Below, piece by piece: positions 12,627 to 22,371 of a DNA stretch of 64,000 bases. The notes below the pieces were generated by a model. That model had not been told where the DNA came from, did not search any database, and was given only the letters and a program-made list of their open reading frames with translations. Source of the DNA: Eukaryota sp. TZLM1-RC (taxonomy: Eukaryota; Protista; Metamonada: BaSk clade); the NCBI GenBank assembly GCA_040285825.1, contig JAUPSS010000008.1, forward strand, positions 1,178,001-1,242,000, in the 5' to 3' direction. The translations under genes and the position numbers were made by a program. Every line of letters begins with the position of its first letter. The stretch's first letter is position 1.

Positions 12627-12980
12627 TATTTTGATTTAACTTTTCCCACTGTTCCAGATGATACAGCAATTGATGTACTCAAATAACTTTCACCAAGATG
12701 GAGGGAAGTTGTCATCAGGGAAAATGGCTTTTTTCTTTTAGATATTTTGGTATTTGCCAAAAAATTTATTAAAATACCCTACGGACATGAATTAGGCAAT
12801 CTGGCATATAAAATGATAAATGAAAAGAAAAACAAACTTCATCAGGAATTTTCTCATATTTTGCCAATTGATTGTTTAGCTACTTCTCATCTGATACAAA
12901 ATTCAATTCAATATGGGCTTCATGATTGTATTCTTTGTCTGAAACTTTTCGTGCTGTTTCAGAAAGACAAATTTATTTTA
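12627..12980 (+). pseudogene. PolB-type exonuclease domain, 3' half (ExoIII)
   Basis: In frame with 10471-11058 once the LINE is removed. LDILVFAKK, HELGNLAYKMINEKK, QYGLHDCILCLKL (ExoIII YxxxD); one TAA at 12684. Confidence 0.75.
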
Positions 12981-15247
12981 TCATCTTATAAAACCATTCG
13001 AGCAACCGTCAACTCAACGGTTAAACATTCGAATGTGATACTCAAATTGAGAGAAACTGCTGTAAAATTCCAACAGTTACGTATTCACACCACATGTTGC
13101 TCAAAGCTGTATTTACAGTCTTGCTTTGAACGTAATTTTATACCACCATGAATATCTTCCCAATTATATGAATCATTAATGGCCAGAATTCGTTATATTT
13201 CAGCTGAGTATTATGGGCAAAAAATGGTGAAACCAAAAAGTGCATTTCCACAGGATTTTGAAAACTTTGTTTATGGGGAAGGAGATTATAGATTATCGAC
13301 CACCTTTGAACAACAAAAGTTGAACAAGACATTGAGATATAGGCCGGAGTTTTTTCCACAATTTCCAACTGATGGCTTCAGTAGACCACCTGAGTATATG
13401 GCCCCAGTAATGTTTGCCAATTTTGAGAATAATTTGAAACTAAATTATGAAAAACATATTAATCGATTTATTAATGTTTACTTTGACAAACCAGATGTGG
13501 AAAATGTGTTATCAGAAATGCACAAGCTGGGTGGATACTCAACACCATTATCTACAATTATTTCACTATATAGATTTAGGCTTCGACAATTCAAAAACTT
13601 GTTTTTAGTTGATGATAGAGATTGTTTGAGTTCTTTGTTTCATCATCCTGAAAATATTTCAGACCTTCTGATTCATGAATTTCTCGATTTATGTGAACAA
13701 CATGATATAAGAAATAATGAACTTAGAGACATATTTGAAGGTCTTATTGAGCCATTTACTTGTCAAATTGAGAATTTGGTCACTGACGAGCATTTAGTTG
13801 ATAACATGTTTCCAGTGGATATATATTTTCTTGCAGACGCTGTTGAAAAAGATCCTCAAATATTCCCAAAACCAGCAATTACAATTGCCCAATAAATCTC
13901 CAGTAGAGAGAAAAAACCTTATCATATTTCTCCTGTTTCAACCACTGTAGGCCCTGGATATTTTTCTATTGATACAAGAACAATATGGAGAATTGTTAAA
14001 CAAACATTAATTGATGATTTATCATCTACACAGACGATGAAAATGTCCAATACACTAGCCCAAATTCCGAAATTCAAACCACCTGAGCAATTTAACTTTT
14101 GGTCTAATATTCTCAATTTAAACCAACCAATGCTCAACCAAAAGATTTATAAATTCAACAACATTATCCACATAAATGGATTTAATATTGCAGTAGAGTT
14201 TGTTCGACGGGATTTACAAGGTCAGAAATGTAAGCCAGACAACAAGGCCAGTATTTCTGATTTTTATATTGATGATGTTGATGTTGATGCTTTTCAAGAC
14301 AAACGAATTTTTGTTTGTGATCCTGGAAAACGTGATTTATTGTATTTTGGGGGTAAAAAAACGGATCAAGAACTAGCCATGGTGCCTGAACATGAAACTT
14401 AACAGCAAAGAAATAGTCGGGTGATGAATCAAGACAAGAAGTACAAATGGTTGAGAATGACTCAGATGTCCTGGTCTTTGAAAAGTAGGATGAATGAAAA
14501 GCAAAAACGATGGGCTACAAAGTACACTGAGGTAGATTACAACAGGAACCAAATGATAGAGTCTAACAAAATGACAATTGAAGATGCAAACACCGAATTA
14601 TCCGCGTTTGCTGCCAATTCAGCAACTTTTATAGATTTTTCCAACTTTGTGGTTGCCAAACTTCGGCAAGTTTTTTTGACAATTGAATTTTACAGTCTTG
14701 ACTTGTGGAGCATTCAAAAAATGCAAGTTTTTATTCACAAGCAAAAAGACTGAAAGTTGGTTGTTAAAAAGCCTTGTTTAGCATTTTGGCAATCCCAAAG
14801 ACACTTTAATACTAATGGGTAATTATGGTAAAAAAAATTCCAAGAATTTGAAACATCACAGACCTACTAGAGGAATTGGATGGATTCAGTTTCTGAAAAG
14901 AAATGGATTTGAAGTATTGATGATTAATGAAGCTTTCACTTCGGCAAAATGTCCTGTTTGTTTTGAAAAGGTTGCTACGTTTTTGAAAGTAACAAATCCC
15001 AGATTCTATAGAAGAGAAAAGACTCCAGTTACTACATGTCATGGTTTAATAGCTTGTAATAGTGAGAGTTGCAAACTCAGTACCAAAGGCTCAACAAAGC
15101 TTTTCAATAGAAATAAGTTGGCTTGTCTGAATATATTTGCAATTGCTGAAGCCAGAATACGTGGTAATGAAAGGGGTTTCATTGTAGTAGATAGTTTTTG
15201 TAATTATTCCGTACGAAAATAGATTGTGTATTTATGGGAATTTCCCA
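12981..15247 (+). mobile_element. Fanzor1 family F2, copy B (near full length, pseudogenised)
   Basis: N-terminal YKTIRATVNS..LRIHT..KLYL. ORFs 12747, 13179, 14037 and 14421 share one frame separated by single stops; +1 frameshift near 14748. CDPGKRD, INEAFTSAKCPVC, FNRNKLACLN. Confidence 0.9.
15140..15247 (+). ncRNA. candidate omegaRNA / right end of F2 copy B
   Basis: Conserved with copy A up to TGGGAATTTCCCA (15247). Confidence 0.5.
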
Positions 15248-15288
15248 TCAAAATCAGGATCTCAACCTTCATAATCAACTCCACTTAA

Positions 15289-15679
15289 ATGCCCTCCTCT
15301 AAATCTCCCTTTCTTGATGACTATGCAGCTACTGAAAGCCTAGATGATGTAGAGCTACAAGCTCTTGAAGAACAAGATGAGGAACTATCTCGCCTCTCTG
15401 ACAAAGTATCTCGCATTAATAGAGTTTGTTACTTCTGGTTCTTTCTCGCCACAGATGACCTACAGTGTTCGTGATGAGGTTAATGACCATCTTTCAATTA
15501 CTGCCAGAATGATGGAATCTTTTGGTACAGCCCGTACTTCTGTTGCCAATTCTTCTGCTCGTTTCATCCAGATGATTCGCACTGGTGGTTGCAAAAAATC
15601 AATATACTTCTGCCTACTACTTTTGTTCTTCTTCTTTATAATTAAGCTTATTTTTAGTGGCTCGTCTGAAGAACAATAA
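15289..15679 (+). CDS. Qc-SNARE (Bet1/Syntaxin-6/8-like), exons 15289-15423 and 15455-15679
   Basis: A 31-nt GT..CAG intron joins EEQDEELSRLSDKVSRINR to MTYSVRDEVNDH, giving a SNARE heptad plus a C-terminal TM helix. Confidence 0.85.
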
Positions 15680-15925
15680 TGTTGGAATCCTTTGTCATTG
15701 TTTCAGCAATACTAATATTACATTTTGTTAACTCAATGCGTTTTGAAAAATAGTTATTTGAAGTCTTGAGTTTGGGTTTATTATTTTTGATTGTTTTTCA
15801 TTATTGTGTAGTTTCTTTTATTGTGTATATCTAGAAGTTATCAATAATCCATGAATCACAAGTGACGACTCATTTACACTAGTTGTTTATAAAAAAACGA
15901 ATAGAAAACATTAATGTTACATAGT

Positions 15926-16585
15926 CTAAAACAACTCCCATTCACCAGATGGATCATCATCGAATAACGAAGCTTCCTTCCTTTGGGTCAACTCTCCTGA
16001 TGTTGCTGCTGACCCAGAGCTACGCGACCTTGAACGAGTTTGGGTAATGGGGAACGACATCACTTCATATGGGGTACCTGCAGGAGATTTTGAAGACTTC
16101 TTTCCCGGTATGCTAATTGAAATCTGTTCCCCTTCTTTTAGTGAAAGGTCTGACTTGGATAAGTTGTTGGGAGTTCCCTTTGGGGAGGACTTGGACGCTT
16201 TGACATGCTTGATGTGATCCTGGAGACATGCCATAAAGTCAAAGGACTCGGAACGTTCTTTAAATCCCATTCCAAGATAGGCTGATTTGTCCTCGTGTAC
16301 AACTCTGATGACATAGTAGCGGGAGGAATCAAGGACCCTTTCGAGGGCTCTGGAAAAGTTGTCAACCGTCACAGGACATTCTGCGAAGAGTTCATCAGTA
16401 TGCTCGTCCTCAATACGCACGTATGCAGTATCACCAGCAGCGCTGATAGTGAGTCTCCCTTTGGTAAGGAAATTGCTCTCGTTCCAGGTTGCAGCACGGT
16501 AACCTTCTGCAGAAGGTCGAGGACCTGGTTGGTAGACCATAACAACGGGAAACACTTTTAAGACATGTTCGAAGCTAGAGTTCAT
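15926..16585 (-). CDS. NECAP: adaptin ear-binding coat-associated protein (NECAP, PHear domain)
   Basis: GYRAATW, LFAECP, VLDSSRYYVIRV, AYLGMGFKERSESFDF, DLSLKEGEQI, C-terminal WxxF (WELF). Confidence 0.95.
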   Translation of the reverse strand: MNSSFEHVLKVFPVVMVYQPGPRPSAEGYRAATWNESNFLTKGRLTISAAGDTAYVRIEDEHTDELFAECPVTVDNFSRALERVLDSSRYYVIRVVHEDKSAYLGMGFKERSESFDFMACLQDHIKHVKASKSSPKGTPNNLSKSDLSLKEGEQISISIPGKKSSKSPAGTPYEVMSFPITQTRSRSRSSGSAATSGELTQRKEASLFDDDPSGEWELF

Positions 16586-18147
16586 TAATTGAAGAGGGTA
16601 ATTGGTAACTCAAATTGCTCCAAAAAGCACCTCTCAATATACACCTAAATTATTTCTAGACTAAAGCATTAGCCTGATTTTTCTACTCCCACCGATTTTT
16701 ATTATATCTTGAGACTACAATTATCATTTGGGTGAACAATTTTAAAAAAGTTTGCTGTATATTGAGTGTTCATAGTGTTGCAGGAGAGTACATGAATTTG
16801 CAAACTACACTCGTTTTGGCTTACTTGATTTGCATTTCATAATTGTAGATAATCTCATCACTTGATGCATGTTAGCTATTGACAAATTATTTGTCACTCC
16901 CTTTTTTTGCATTTAAATCTCTGATAAACATTGAATTTTCCGTTTTTAGCTGGTAGTTGGTATTATGTTCTCGTTTTTTTTTGACACAAACACATCTGGA
17001 CTTTCCATCCCAATCATCAAATCAAATTACAATAACTTTGACATCATAACCTATTTAATCTGTTCATCCAGTTGGACGCTCTTGTGTTTGTTTATCAACC
17101 TGTTTCGTGTCCAACTGTTGGATCTTGGAAAATTGGTCCAAAAATTCATCGGGAAGCAATTGTGCTATATTACAGGAATTGTAGGAAATTCCAATTTTCG
17201 AGAAAATTCTGGCAATCTATCAAATATTTTATGGACAGGGACTGGTTTAAGGATCCTTCTCATTAGAGACCTTGAACTTTGACCTTAAACTTTGTTGATT
17301 TTCCTTCCAGTACTTGTTTTTCTTGTTAATTGAGACTGGCAGTGTATTGACGTTGCTCATTGATGATTGATTTTAGGCAGCTTTTCAGTTTTTCTGAATT
17401 CATTGTTTTCCAATTCAGAATTACGTCATTCAATAAAGGAAGAAGCTATGAAACTGCAATTGAATAAAATTGGTCCACCAGCTTCACAAATGAAGACTTG
17501 TGAAATTTCTTGAAAACTTCTTTTGCATGCTTTCCTTAAAGGTAGCTATTACAGTCAATGATTTAGGTTTAAACAAAAAATACCAAATTGGATGACTAAG
17601 CAATGCATACAAAATAGCAGTATGGGTTCTGTTTGGATATCGGGAAAATAACAAACCTCAATAAGTAGTGTGCTAATTAAGATTCGAACCGAGAATTTGA
17701 ACACCCTTAACCCATTATTTAAGCTTAAATGTACTGTCTGACAACTGTCTTGCACCAAGAAAAGAAATCTTATTTTGTATTGCCAAGACTCAAAGTGAAA
17801 AAGGAGACACAGCAGTGAAATACCAATCATCTAATATTTTATATCTCCCACACTGACACACTATAACTATCACAAAATGGAATGAAAGCTTCTACTTAAA
17901 AATTGATTATAACAATTCTGTAAACACTGGGCAGAATGACTTGAGCTCTTTTGGACCACAATTATTCAGCACAATTCTTTTGCTTATAATGCTATAGGAA
18001 ATATTGATGTTGAACACTATTTGACAAAATTTCCTGTCTATGGATAAATAAGCAAAGATTTCGAAGCAAATACCACACCCGTTTAAATGAACAAAAATTT
18101 ATTACAATTCTGCTATACTTAAATAACAAAATATACAACAGTTTAAA

Positions 18148-19176
18148 TTATACAGAAATTCCGAGTTTTTGAGCCACAGTTTGAGCGACTCTGTGATAAG
18201 CATCAGAACCATATTTTCTGGTAACAGCCTTCACTCTCATCTTGGATATTTTTTGAACGGATTGAACCATCTGCTCAGCAAGACTGGCTACTTCGTGTTG
18301 CTGATAACCAGAATAACGACTTAACGATTCCGGCCAGCTACGAACAGCATGAATATTGAACGAGGCCAACATTGCAGCAGCAGACACATGAGAAGGTGCA
18401 TAATGGAGAAAATCTGGCTCCAACAATGCCATTTCAATGAGATAATGAGCAGTGTACTTGTGAAGACGATCACTTTGTGAAACTTTAGTATATCGGCGAA
18501 GAAAAGTGAATGAAGATGGAGCAAACATTTCGTAATCGAGGGTTTTGAGCATCACATTCTCTAACTTGATAAACTGATCGTGAGTGAAAGGACATTGGGT
18601 AAGTTGAATCATATCACGAATGTAGGGAGCAAAAGCTTCTTCAACTTTAGCTGCTACAAACAGTGCACCAAGAGCAACCAGTTGAAGTTTGTTTTTGGCC
18701 ACCTGTTTACGGGCAAGAAATCGGTCAAAGTAATTGACAGCAAGGAAAAAAGTTTCATGTTGGAGACGGAAACGCTCATGAACATCACAGATCCAATCTA
18801 TGACGATCGTGCGCATTTGAGGGGTGATTTCCTTCTGCTTTTCAAGATAACCCTGGGGTGGATGCATTCTTGTTTCGAGATCACGCAAATACAAGTAGAT
18901 TTCCTGTACATAGTCAGACACTGCAAGTGGATCGTGCCGATCGGGTAAATCGATATCGTATTTGGTCTCCGATTCAGGACGAGGGATCAATGCTGGAAGA
19001 GAGCAATTAGACTGTTGTGTAACAGAAACAGTTGAGCTCGTGTTGGTAGTTCCAGTAGTGGATGAGGTCGTGCGCTCCTTTCCCTGAAGAGGACGATTTG
19101 TTAAATCACGTAAGCCGTACCTATGACCGTTTTGTAGCTGTGGTGAGCCCTCAATGCTTGTTCATACAAATGACAT
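18148..19176 (-). CDS. mitotic B-type cyclin, exons 19176-19168 and 19137-18148
   Basis: Cyclin box MRTIVIDW..ETFFLAVNYFDRFL, LQLV..LFVAAKVEE. A 30-nt intron (19167-19138, contains an in-frame TGA) links MSF to an exon with D-box RYGLRDLTN. Confidence 0.93.
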
Positions 19177-19489
19177 GTGAAAGCGGATTATGTTAAAACT
19201 TATTCATTTCATATTAGAAACTTTATACGGCCTACACATCTATAACCTTTTAACGACAAACATGTAGTCAACAACTGCCCTACAGCCAACTGTTTTAAAT
19301 TTGTCATCAACGTTGCATTATTTTATTGGTTAAGATAGTTTAGGGACTGATGAATCTAGCAGCAAATAGAAATTTGATACTGGTTTTCCAAGGTAATCAG
19401 TGTGCGTACACACTTGAACACAAAATTTCACTGTCTGCATATAGTGTTCAACCAATCATTCGATCCCTTGCAATTTTGTTTAAACAAAA

Positions 19490-21385
19490 CAATGTTATTA
19501 AATCTGATTTTCCTGAGCTATCGAGTTTTTTCTACCATTTTTATGGGAAAGAATCAGATTTAATTTTTAATTCATTTGGTCTTAAATCATCTTCTGGTGT
19601 GAAGCAAGGTGATCCTTTAGGCCCATTATTGTTTTGTTTAGCTATTCACAAAACTTTAAGTATCATTAAGCAAAAATACCCTTCTATAAAAATAGATGCT
19701 TATATGGATGATATATCCTTGATTGGTTCATTTGATTTACTAGAATTGGTTGCTCAAGAAATTGCCGATTCATATGAAAATATTGGGCTTCATCTTAATG
19801 CCAGCAAATGCCTTCTGATTGGCTCTTCTGCTCAAGAACTCGTGATAAACGATTCTATTGTCCCTTTTACTAATTATAGTAGTGATGCTTTTAAGTTCCT
19901 TGGTTGTTGGTTAGGAAACGTGCCTCAAATTCAGAATGAATTGCAAGTTATTTTGGAAAAAATGAAAATTGAACTTGATTCAATTTCTTCTTTAGATATA
20001 GAAAAGCATATTAAATTTTTCATGCTTAAAATTTGCTACACTGGGAGAATAGCCCACATTTTGAGATCTTGTGCTCCTTCCACAGCATTAGATTTTTGTC
20101 GTTCATTTAATTCATTGAGAACAGAATTTTTTGCTGATTTATTGGATGTAGAACCAGGAATGTTGAAAAGTCACTTATTTTCTTCAGCAAATTTGGGTGG
20201 TATTGGATTTACTAAGTCTTCAATTTTGTGTCAATCAGCATTCTTGGGTGGTGGCAAAAATTTTATTTATGAAATTTCTCGTAGATTTCCTGATGATTCT
20301 CATCTGTTAGTCCCCAATTGCAGTCCCTATTTGTATGAAATATCTTGTGAACTTGAAAAATTGCCGCCACAAATTTCGACCAAATGTTTTCCTCAATCAA
20401 TTCAAGAAATTCCAAACCGATCTCTTTTTAATTTACAGTTTTGCTGTAAAAAGCTTCAACAAAAATTGTCAAAGATTTTTGAAAGCTTGGATTTTGATGT
20501 TAGACTTGGCTTGGCCAAGAAAAAGAATCCCGCTTTTGCAAATCTTTTACAAGATATGTGTGACAGTACTTCTTCTGCCTTAGTAACAACAATTCCACAA
20601 GTTTATGGTACTCTCTTATCCGATTCTGCTTGGACTCTGAATATGAGATTTCGTTCCTTTATCTGGCCTGATAATTTACCTCATAATTTAATTTGTAAAT
20701 GTTCTCGAGAAATTACAACTACTCATTTGTTAAATTGTAAACATTTTATTACTTTTAGAAGCAAGGTTCATGATGCTGTAAGAGACCAGTTATATTGTAT
20801 GTGTAAATCTCATAGAATTGAATCCTTCTTGGAACCTCTGTTGTCAAATCTGTTTGATGCTGAAGATGATTTTCATAAGAATAATAGAGGTGATGTTATA
20901 TTACCTGGATTAGATGGAAGTTTCATTTTATTGGATGTAATGTCTGTTGATCCTTGTAATGCCTCAAATGAAAGGCTAGTTAATTCTGAAATTCATAATC
21001 CCCTTTCAAATGCTGAAAATTTTAAATTCAAAAAATACAATGAACCTTTGTCCAAATTGGCCAGTCTACAGCATGCAAAATACAATTTGTATCCATTTGT
21101 ATTTTCCCTTTTTGGTTCACTTGCACCAACTGCTTTACGTTTTTTGGATGATTTTGAAATGATTGTAAAGAGAAGAACTGGCAGAAATTTCAACAGATTG
21201 TTTTGGCAAAATAGAATTGTGTTTTCTATTTTTAAGGGGATGTTGAAGATGGTCTCTGATGCTTTGCTTTCTCTTGGATCTCACTATGAGAGAGTTGCAT
21301 CTAGTGTTTTTGTTCTGGGAGAGATGGATTTTTTAGATGTTGATTTATAGGTTTTGAATAAAGTTAAAATTTTGGTAAAAAAAAC
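19490..21385 (+). mobile_element. RLE non-LTR retrotransposon family A (CRE-like), 5'-truncated, with uninterrupted RT-ZnF-RLE ORF to 21350
   Basis: GVKQGDPLGPLLF, AYMDDI, FLGCWLG, CKC..HLLNC, HDAVRD, RGDV, LDV, AENFKFKKY; AATAAA and an A-run after the stop. Confidence 0.93.
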
Positions 21386-22371
21386 AATGTTTTTAAACAT
21401 TTGTTAGTATGGAAAAATTCATACCTGACTTCATAAATGCAAGCTGTCACGAGCCAATGTACCGTTTTAAACACACAGTTTGTTTCATCAATTATAGATC
21501 AAACTATAATACAACTAATCAAACAGATCCAACTTACTAAAGAATTGCCACAAATCATTTCTCTAGAACCACTCAAAGGGGACAGCAACTTACCTTGGCT
21601 TCATTTGTTTAACGTTTTCCAATTATTACAACGCTTGCTTAAACAAATGTACCATCATGATAAGATAACCACCAATAAAATATAAATATAAATTTGTTGA
21701 TTTGTGTTAACACTGATGTTGTTGTCTTATTTGGGCGGGGCAGTAATTTAATAATTGCACAATTTTGTCGACCTAAAACATCAGACTCTATTCGCTTGTT
21801 TAGATTTGTCTTATTAATTGAAATAGCCAATCCAAACACACAATATGAAAATCAAGGTGAAGAAGTTTTCTGAAATTGAACAACACATTGTGAACCATGA
21901 TGTCGGTTGAACAAAGTGTTGACAATTCAGAGAGAATTGTTTTCTGTTTTTGGTTTGACACATCATTTTAAAACCTTTTTTATATCATGTTTTACGCACA
22001 TTTTTTAGTCAAATTGCTAGAGATGTGAACAAATCCAGACTATGTGTTTTTATGGATTCATTTATTAAGTGGTATTAACGCTTTTCACCAAAAGAATTTC
22101 CTGTATTTACCAGAAACTTTATTCAAGAATGTGGCGATGTTGTCGTTTTGATTCTTCTTTCTTCAACTGCATTTATTGTTGGCAAAATGTCATTCTGATT
22201 ACTCTGAAAACCATTGATGAATATGAGATTCTCATCTGTCGAATGATTTGGCAGAACAACTCTACAATTCCATCATCCAAAACATCAGAATAACTAGCCT
22301 GAAAATAATATAAATAATTTTCACATTTTTTTGAACTTTTTACAATTACTTGCATTAAGTTTTGTTGTTTT

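Noticed and set aside
12627-14780. Repeated in-frame TAA/TGA/TAG in long frames suggesting a non-standard genetic code or readthrough
   Set aside because: Copy A has sense codons at the comparable sites (TAT, GAA, CAG), and intact host genes end in all three stop codons. This is ordinary pseudogene decay.
16960-18050. Possible hAT transposase remnant (TKWNESFY near 17875)
   Set aside because: Only one weak motif in heavily interrupted frames; cannot be supported without a search.
19350-19490. N-terminal 45 aa of the 666-aa RT ORF as a real start
   Set aside because: The early RT motifs (including LDFKNAFN seen in family B) are missing; this is read-in from the flank of a 5'-truncated copy.
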